In this document: positions 53,901-64,000 of the stretch, one piece after another
Layout: each line of letters starts with the position of its first letter
How positions within the stretch are numbered: the first letter of the stretch is position 1
From: Auanema rhodensis
Lineage: Eukaryota; Animalia; Nematoda
Assembly: GCA_964057225.1 (NCBI GenBank)
Contig: CAXKVF010000075.1
Location: 744,001 to 808,000 of the forward strand
DNA length: 64,000 bases
Reading direction: 5' to 3'
Translations under genes and position numbers: made by a program
The notes under the pieces: model-generated
Told to the model about the DNA's origin: nothing
Databases searched by the model: none
The model's input: the letters and a program-made list of their open reading frames with translations, nothing else

Positions 53901-56900
53901 AAATTTACGTGAACTTTAATTTATGCTAATTAAATGTACACGTGATGTGCACTTGGTATGTAACTCGCTTCACGTGAAAGATAAAGAGATGCGGTTTTCA
54001 AAATTAGATTCCCCATGTCCATATTAGTCTAAAAACAAATTTTTATTGATATTGCTTCATGGTAACCATGACTTTGAAATTTACGTGAACTTTAATTTAT
54101 GCTAATTAAATGTACACGTGATGTGCACTTGGTATGTAACTCGCTTCACGTGAAAGATAAAGAGATGCGGTGTTCAACATTAGATTCCCCATGTCCATAT
54201 TAATCTAAAAACAAATTTTAATTGATATTGGTTCATGGTAACCATGACTTTGAAATTTACGTGAACTTTAATTTATGCTAATTAAATGTACACGTGATGT
54301 GCACTTGGTATGTAACTCGCTTCACGTGAAAGATAAAGAGATGCGGTTTTCAAAATTAGATTCCCCATGTCCATATTAGTCTAAAAACAAATTTTAATTG
54401 ATATTGGTTCATGGTAACCATGACTTTGAAATTTACGTGAACTTTAATTTATGCTAATTAAATGTACACGTGATGTGCACTTGGTATGTAACTCGCTTCA
54501 CGTGAAAGATAAAGAGATGCGGTTTTCAAAATTAGATTCACCATGTCCATATTAGTCTAAAAACAAATTTTTATTGATATTGGTTCATGGTAACCATGAC
54601 TTTGAATTTTACGTGAACTTTAATTTATGCTAATTAAATGTACACGTGATGTGCACTTGGTATGTAACTCGCTTCATGTGAAAGATAAAGAGATGCGGTT
54701 TTCAAAATTAGATTCCCCATGTCCATATTAGTCTAAAAACAAATTTTTATTGATATTGGTGCATGGTAACCATGACTTTGAAATTTACGTGAACTTTAAT
54801 TTATGCTAATTAAATGTACACGTGATGTGCACTTGGTATGTAACTCGCTTCACGTGACAGATAAAGAGATGCGGTTTTCAAAATTAGATTCCCCATGTCC
54901 ATATTAGTCTAAAAACAAATTTTTATTGATATTGGTTCATGGTAACCATGACTTTGAAATTTACGTGAACTTTAATTCATGCTAATTAAATGTACACGTG
55001 ATGTGCACTTGGTATGTAACTCGCTTCACGTGAAAGATAAAGAGATGCGGTTTTCACAATTAGATTCCCCATGTCCATATTAGTCTAAAAACAAATTTTT
55101 ATTGATATTGGTGCATGGTAACCATGACTTTGAAATTTACGTGAACTTTAATTTATGCTAATTAAATGTACACGTGATGTGCACTTGGTATGTAACTCGC
55201 TTCACGTGAAAGATAAAGAGATGCGGTTTTCAAAATTAGATTCCCCATGTCCATATTAGTCTAAAAACAAATTTTTATTGATATTGCTTCCTGGTAACCA
55301 TGACTTTGAAATTTACGTGAACTTTAATTTATGCTAATTAAATGTACACGTGATGTGCACTTGGTATGTAACTCGCTTCACGTGAAAGATAAAGAGATGC
55401 GGTTTTCAAAATTAGATTCCCCATGTCCATATTAGTCTAAAAACAATTTTTTATTGATATTGGTTCATGGTAACCATGACTTTGAAATTTACGTGAACTT
55501 TAATTTATGCTAATTAAATGTACACGTGATGTGCACTTGGTATGTAACTCGCTTCACGTGAAAGATAAAGAGATGCGGTTTTCAAAATTAGATTCCCCAT
55601 GTCCATATTAGTCTAAAAACAAATTTTTATTGATATTGCTTCATGGTAACCATGACTTTGAAATTTACGTGAACTTTAATTTATGCTAATTAAATGTACA
55701 CGTGATGTGCACTTGGTATGTAACTCGCTTCACGTGAAAGATAAAGAGATGCGGTTTTCAAAATTAGATTCCCCATGTCCATATTAGTCTAAAAACAATT
55801 TTTTATTGATATTGGTTCATGGTAACCATGACTTTGAAATTTACGTGAACTTTAATTTATGCTAATTAAATGTACACGTGATGTGCACTTGGTATGTAAC
55901 TCGCTTCACGTGAAAGATAAAGAGATGCGGTTTTCAAAATTAGATTCCCCATGTCCATATTAGTCTAAAAACAAATTTTTATTGATATTGCTTCATGGTA
56001 ACCATGACTTTGAAATTTACGTGAACTTTAATTTATGCTAATTAAATGTACACGTGATGTGCACTTGGTATGTAACTCGCTTCACGTGAAAGATAAAGAG
56101 ATGCGGTTTTCAAAATTAGATTCCCCATGTCCATATTAGTCTAAAAACAAATTTTAATTGATATTGGTTCATGGTAACCATGACTTTGAAATTTACGTGA
56201 ACTTTAATTTATGCTAATTAAATGTACACGTGATGTGCACTTGGTATGTAACTCGCTTCACGTGAAAGATAAAGAGATGCGGTTTTCAAAATTAGATTCC
56301 CCATGTCCATATTAGTCTAAAAACAAATTTTAATTGATATTGGTTCATGGTAACCATGACTTTGAAATTTACGTGAACTTTAATTTATGCTAATTAAATG
56401 TACACGTGATGTGCACTTGGTATGTAACTCGCTTCACGTGAAAGATAAAGAGATGCGGTTTTCAAAATTAGATTCCCCATGTCCATATTAGTCTAAAAAC
56501 AAATTTTTATTGATATTGGTTCATGGTAACCATGACTTTGAAATTTACGTGAACTTTAATTTATGCTAATTAAATGTACACGTGATGTGCACTTGGTATG
56601 TAACTCGCTTCACGTGAAAGATAAAGAGATGCGGTTTTCAAAATTAGATTCCCCATGTCCATATTAGTCTAAAAACAAATTTTTATTGATATTGCTTCAT
56701 GGTAACCATGACTTTGAAATTTACGTGAACTTTAATTTATGCTAATTAAATGTACACGTGATGTGCACTTGGTATGTAACTCGCTTCACGTGAAAGATAA
56801 AGAGATGCGGTTTTCAAAATTAGATTCCCCATGTCCATATTAGTCTAAAAACAAATTTTAATTGATATTGGTTCATGGTAACCATGACTTTGAAATTTAC

Positions 56901-59900
56901 GTGAACTTTAATTTATGCTAATTAAATGTACACGTGATGTGCACTTGGTATGTAACTCGCTTCACGTGAAAGATAAAGAGATGCGGTTTTCAAAATTAGA
57001 TTCCCCATGTCCATATTAGTCTAAAAACAAATTTTTATTGATATTGGTGCATGGTAACCATGACTTTGAAATTTACGTGAACTTTAATTTATGCTAATTA
57101 AATGTACACGTGATGTGCACTTGGTATGTAACTCGCTTCACGTGAAAGATAAAGAGATGCGGTTTTCAAAATTAGATTCCCCATGTCCATATTAGTCTAA
57201 AAACAAATTTTTATTGATATTGGTTCATGGTAACCATGACTTTGAAATTTACGTGAACTTTAATTTATGCTAATTAAATGTACACGTGATGTGCACTTGG
57301 TATGTAACTCGCTTCACGTGAAAGATAAAGAGATGCGGTTTTCAAAATTAGATTCCCCATGTCCATATTAGTCTAAAAACAAATTTTTATTGATATTGCT
57401 TCATGGTAACCATGACTTTGAAATTTACGTGAACTTTAATTTATGCTAATTAAATGTACACGTGATGTGCACTTGGTATGTAACTCGCTTCACGTGAAAG
57501 ATAAAGAGATGCGGTTTTCAAAATTAGATTCCCCATGTCCATATTAGTCTAAAAACAAATTTTTATTGATATTGGTTCATGGTAACCATGACTTTGAAAT
57601 TTACGTGAACTTTAATTTATGCTAATTAAATGTACACGTGATGTGTACTTGGTATGTAACTCGCTTCACGTGAAAGATAAAGAGATGCGGTTTTCAAAAT
57701 TAGATGCCCCATGTCCATATTAGTCTAAAAACAAATTTTTATTGATATTGCTTCATGGTAACCATGACTTTGAAATTTACGTGAACTTTAATTTATGCTA
57801 ATTAAATGTACACGTGATGTGCACTTGGTATGTAACTCGCTTCACGTGAAAGATAAAGAGATGCGGTTTTCAAAATTAGATTCCCCATGTCCATATTAGT
57901 CTAAAAACAAATTTTTATTGATATTGGTTCATGGTAACCATGACTTTGAAATTTACGTGAACTTTAATTTATGCTAATTAAATGTACACGTGATGTGTAC
58001 TTGGTATGTAACTCGCTTCACGTGAAAGATAAAGAGATGCGGTTTTCAAAATTAGATGCCCCATGTCCATATTAGTCTAAAAACAAATTTTTATTGATAT
58101 TGCTTCATGGTAACCATGACTTTGAAATTTACGTGAACTTTAATTTATGCTAATTAAATGTACACGTGATGTGCACTTGGTATGTAACTCGCTTCACGTG
58201 AAAGATAAAGAGATGCGGTTTTCAAAATTAGATTCCCCATGTCCATATTAGTCTAAAAACAAATTTTTATTGATATTGGTTCATGGTAACCATGACTTTG
58301 AAATTTACGTGAACTTTAATTTATGCTAATTAAATGTACACGTGATGTGCACTTGGTATGTAACTCGCTTCACGTGAAAGATAAAGAGATGCGGTTTTCA
58401 AAATTGGATTCCCCATGTCCATATTAGTCTAAAAACAAATTTTTATTGATATTGCTTCATGGTAACCATGACTTTGAAATTTACGTGAACTTTAATTTAT
58501 GCAAATTAATGTACACGTGATGTGCACTTGGTATGTAACTCGCTTCAAGTGAAAGATAAAGAGATGCGGTTTTCAAAATTAGATTCCCCATGTCCATATT
58601 AGTCTAAAAACAAATTTTTATTGATATTGCTTCATGGTAACCATGACTTTGAAATTTACGTGAACTTTAATTTATGATAATTAAATGTACACGTGATGTG
58701 CACTTGGTATGTAACTCGCTTCACGTGAAAGATAAAGAGATGCGGTTTTCAAAATTAGATTCCCCATGTCCATATTAGTCTAAAAACAAATTTTTATTGA
58801 TATTGCTTCATGGTAACCATGACTTTGAAATTTACGTGAACTTTAATTTATGCTAATTAAATGTACACGTGATGTGCACTTGGTATGTAACTCGCTTCAC
58901 GTGAAAGATAAAGAGATGCGGTTTTCAAAATTAGATTCCCCATGTCCATATTAGTCTAAAAACAATTTTTTATTGATATTGGTTCATGGTAACCATGACT
59001 TTGAAATTTACGTGAACTTTAATTTATGCTCATTAAATGTACACATGATGTGCACTTGGTATGTAACTCGCTTCACGTGAAAGATAAAGAGATGCGGTTT
59101 TCAAAATTAGATTCCCCATGTCCATATTAGTCTAAAAACAAATTTTTATTGATATTGGTGCATGGTAACCATGACTTTGAAATTTACGTGAACTTTAATT
59201 TATGCTAATTAAATGTACACGTGATGTGCACTTGGTATGTAACTCGCTTCACGTGAAAGATAAAGAGATGCGGTTTTCAAAATTAGATTCCCCATGTCCA
59301 TATTAGTCTAAAAACAAATTTTTATTGATATTGCTTCATGGTAACCATGACTTTGAAATTTACGTGAACTTTAATTTATGCTAATTAAATGTACACGTGA
59401 TGTGCACTTGGTATGTAACTCGCTTCACGTGAAAGATAAAGAGATGCGGTTTTCAAAATTAGATTCCCCATGTCCATATTAGTCTAAAAACAAATTTTTA
59501 TTGATATTGGTTCATGGTAACCATGACTTTGAAATTTACGTGAACTTTAATTTATGCTAATTAAATGTACACGTGATGTGCACTTGGTATGTAACTCGCT
59601 TCACGTGAAAGATAAAGAGATGCGGTTTTCAAAATTAGATTCCCCATGTCCATATTAGTCTAAAAACAAATTTTTATTGATATTGGTGCATGGTAACCAT
59701 GACTTTGAATTTTACGTGAACTTTAATTTATGCTAATTAAATGTACACGTGATGTGCACTTGGTATGTAACTCGCTTCACGTGAAAGATAAAGAGATGCG
59801 GTTTTCAAAATTAGATTCCCCATGTCCATATTAGTCTAAAAACAAATTTTTATTGATATTGGTTCATGGTAACCATGACTTTGAAATTTACGTGAACTTT

Positions 59901-62900
59901 AATTTATGCTAATTAAATGTACACGTGATGTGTACTTGGTATGTAACTCGCTTCACGTGAAAGATAAAGAGATGCGGTTTTCAAAATTAGATGCCCCATG
60001 TCCATATTAGTCTAAAAACAAATTTTTATTGATATTGCTTCATGGTAACCATGACTTTGAAATTTACGTGAACTTTAATTTATGCTAATTAAATGTACAC
60101 GTGATGTGCACTTGGTATGTAACTCGCTTCACGTGAAAGATAAAGAGATGCGGTTTTCAAAATTAGATTCCCCATGTCCATATTAGTCTAAAAACAAATT
60201 TTTATTGATATTGGTTCATGGTAACCATGACTTTGAAATTTACGTGAACTTTAATTTATGCTAATTAAATGTACACGTGATGTGCACTTAGTATGTAACT
60301 CGCTTCACGTGAAAGATAAAGAGATGCGGTTTTCAAAATTGGATTCCCCATGTCCATATTAGTCTAAAAACAAATTTTTATTGATATTGCTTCATGGTAA
60401 CCATGACTTTGAAATTTACGTGAACTTTAATTCATGCAAATTAATGTACACGTGATGTGCACTTGGTATGTAACTCGCTTCAAGTGAAAGATAAAGAGAT
60501 GCGGTTTTCAAAATTAGATTCCCCATGTCCATATTAGTCTAAAAACAAATTTTTATTGATATTGGTGCATGGTAACCATGACTTTGAATTTTACGTGAAC
60601 TTTAATTTATGCTAATTAAATGTACACGTGATGTGCACTTGGTATGTAACTCGCTTCACGTGAAAGATAAAGAGATGCGGTTTTCAAAATTAGATTCCCC
60701 ATGTCCATATTAGTCTAAAAACAAATTTTTATTGATATTGGTTCATGGTAACCATGACTTTGAAATTTACGTGAACTTTAATTTATGCTAATTAAATGTA
60801 CACGTGATGTGTACTTGGTATGTAACTCGCTTCACGTGAAAGATAAAGAGATGCGGTTTTCAAAATTAGATGCCCCATGTCCATATTAGTCTAAAAACAA
60901 ATTTTTATTGATATTGCTTCATGGTAACCATGACTTTGAAATTTACGTGAACTTTAATTTATGCTAATTAAATGTACACGTGATGTGCACTTGGTATGTA
61001 ACTCGCTTCACGTGAAAGATAAAGAGATGCGGTTTTCAAAATTAGATTCCCCATGTCCATATTAGTCTAAAAACAAATTTTTATTGATATTGGTTCATGG
61101 TAACCATGACTTTGAAATTTACGTGAACTTTAATTTATGCTAATTAAATGTACACGTGATGTGCACTTAGTATGTAACTCGCTTCACGTGAAAGATAAAG
61201 AGATGCGGTTTTCAAAATTGGATTCCCCATGTCCATATTAGTCTAAAAACAAATTTTTATTGATATTGCTTCATGGTAACCATGACTTTGAAATTTACGT
61301 GAACTTTAATTTATGCAAATTAATGTACACGTGATGTGCACTTGGTATGTAACTCGCTTCAAGTGAAAGATAAAGAGATGCGGTTTTCAAAATTAGATTC
61401 CCCATGTCCATATTAGTCTAAAAACAAATTTTTATTGATATTGCTTCATGGTAACCATGACTTTGAAATTTACGTGAACTTTAATTTATTCTAATTAAAT
61501 GTACACGTGATGTGCACTTGGTATGTAACTCGCTTCACGTGAAAGATAAAGAGATGCGGTTTTCAAAATTAGATTCCCCATGTCCATATTAGTCTAAAAA
61601 CAAATTTTTATTGATATTAGTTCATGGTAACCATGACTTTCAAATTTACGTGAACTTTAATTTATGCTAATTAAATGTACACGTGATGTGCACTTGGTAT
61701 GTAACTCGCTTCACGTGAAAGATAAAGAGATGCGGTTTTCAAAATTAGATTCCCCATGTCCATATTAGTCTAAAAACAAATTTTTATTGATATTGGTGCA
61801 TGGTAACCATGACTTTGAATTTTACGTGAACTTTAATTTATGCTAATTAAATGTACACGTGATGTGCACTTGGTATGTAACTCGCTTCACGTGAACGATA
61901 AAGAGATGCGGTTTTCAAAATTAGATTCCCCATGTCCATATTAGTCTAAAAACAAATTTTTATTGATATTGGTTCATGGTAACCATGACTTTGAAATTTA
62001 CGTGAACTTTAATTTATGCTAATTAAATGTACACGTGATGTGCACTTGGTATGTAACTCGCTTCACGTGAAAGATAAAGAGATGCGGTTTTCAAAATTAG
62101 ATTCCCCATGTCCATATTAGTCTAAAAACAAATTTTTATTGATATTGGTTCATGGTAACCATGACTTTGAAATTTACGTGAACTTTAATTTATGCTAATT
62201 AAATGTACACGTGATGTGCACTTGGTATGTAACTCGCTTCACGTGAAAGATAAAGAGATGCGGTTTTCAAAATTAGATTCCCCATGTCCATATTAGTCTA
62301 AAAACAAATTTTTATTGATATTGGTTCATGGTAACCATGACTTTGAAATGTACGTGAACTTTAATTTATGCTAATTAAATGTACACGTGATGTGCACTTG
62401 GTATGTAACTCGCTTCACGTGAAAGATAAAGAGATGCGGTTTTCAAAATTGGATTCCCCATGTCCATATTAGTCTAAAAACAAATTTTTATTGATATTGC
62501 TTCATGGTAACCATGACTTTGAAATTTACGTGAACTTTAATTTATGCAAATTAATGTACACGTGATGTGCACTTGGTATGTAACTCGCTTCACGTGAAAG
62601 ATAAAGAGATGCGGTTTTCAAAATTAAATTCCCCATGTCCATATTAGTCTAAAAACAAATTTTTATTGATATTGCTTCATGGTAACCATGACTTTGAAAT
62701 TTACGTGAACTTTAATTTATTCTAATTAAATGTACACGTGATGTGCACTTGGTATGTAACTCGCTTCACGTGAAAGATAAAGAGATGCGGTTTTCAAAAT
62801 TAGATTCCCCATGTCCATATTAGTCTAAAAACAAATTTTTATTGATATTGGTTCATGGTAACCATGACTTTGAAATTTACGTGAACTTTAATTTATGCTA

Positions 62901-64000
62901 ATTAAATGTACACGTGATGTGCACTTGGTATGTAACTCGCTTCGCGTGAAAGATAAAGAGATGCGGTTTTCAAAATTAGATGCCCCATGTCCATATTAGT
63001 CTAAAAACAAATTTTTATTGATATTGCTTCATGGTAACCATGACTTTGAAATTTACGTGAACTTTAATTTATGCTAATTAAATGTACACGTGATGTGCAC
63101 TTGGTATGTAACTCGCTTCACGTGAAAGATAAAGAGATGCGGTTTTCAAAATTAGATTCCCCATGTCCATATTAGTCTAAAAACAAATTTTTATTGATAT
63201 TAGTTCATGGTAACCATGACTTTCAAATTTACGTGAACTTTAATTTATGCTAATTAAATGTACACGTGATGTGCACTTGGTATGTAACTCGCTTCACGTG
63301 AAAGATAAAGAGATGCGGTTTTCAAAATTAGATTCCCCATGTCCATATTAGTCTAAAAACAAATTTTTATTGATATTGGTTCATGGTAACCATGACTTTG
63401 AAATTTACGTGAACTTTAATTTATGCTAATTAAATGTACACGTGATGTGCACTTGGTATGTAACTCGCTTCGCGTGAAAGATAAAGAGATGCGGTTTTCA
63501 AAATTAGATGCCCCATGTCCATATTAGTCTAAAAACAAATTTTTATTGATATTGCTTCATGGTAACCATGACTTTGAAATTTACGTGAACTTTAATTTAT
63601 GCTAATTAAATGTACACGTGATGTGCACTTGGTATGTAACTCGCTTCACGTGAAAGATAAAGAGATGCGGTTTTCAAAATTAGATTCCCCATGTCCATAT
63701 TAGTCTAAAAACAAATTTTTATTGATATTAGTTCGTGGTAACCATGACTTTCAAATTTACGTGAACTTTAATTTATGCTAATTAAATGTACACGTGATGT
63801 GCACTTGGTATGTAACTCGCTTCACGTGAAAGATAAAGAGATGCGGTTTTCAAAATTAGATTCCCCATGTCCATATTAGTCTAAAAACAAATTTTTATTG
63901 ATATTGCTTCATGGTAACCATGACTTTGAAATTTACGTGAACTTTAATTTATGCTAATTAAATGTACACGTGATGTGCACTTGGTATGTAACTCGCTTCA
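47964..64000 (+). repeat. 176-bp tandem satellite array, right block (~91 monomers; continues beyond window end)
   Basis: Resumes at GTGCACTTGGTATG directly after the LTR end, in the same orientation and register as the left block. Confidence 0.99.

Noticed and set aside
1-64000. CRISPR array, rDNA/5S/SL-RNA or tRNA tandem cluster
   Set aside because: No unique spacers, and I see no 5S, SL1 or tRNA similarity in the monomer.

Overview
Eukaryotic heterochromatin-type window. About 94% is a head-to-tail, single-orientation array of a 176-bp AT-rich (~32% GC) satellite: about 250 monomers at 1-43920 and about 91 at 47964-64000, nearly identical, with variant patterns showing nested 2/4/5/7/8/10/13-mer block duplications. 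One ~4.04-kb Ty3/gypsy-type LTR element is inserted on the minus strand (43921-47963). Its two 477-bp LTRs look identical by eye, and it has a GTGC(A) target-site duplication, a tRNA-Pro-type primer-binding site matching the nematode tRNA-Pro 3' end as I recall it, and a PPT. Its single intact 905-aa ORF encodes Gag (CCHC) and an aspartic protease, then only a degenerate RT N-terminal stub joined in frame to the integrase C-terminal GPY/F region. No RT core, RNase H or integrase catalytic core is present. The best candidate for a new system is therefore a recently mobile, non-autonomous, satellite-inserted LTR element with a non-canonical terminus, a 5x CGUAUAG leader motif and a retained integrase tail. 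The ten 60-aa ORFs are artefacts of one satellite SNP.
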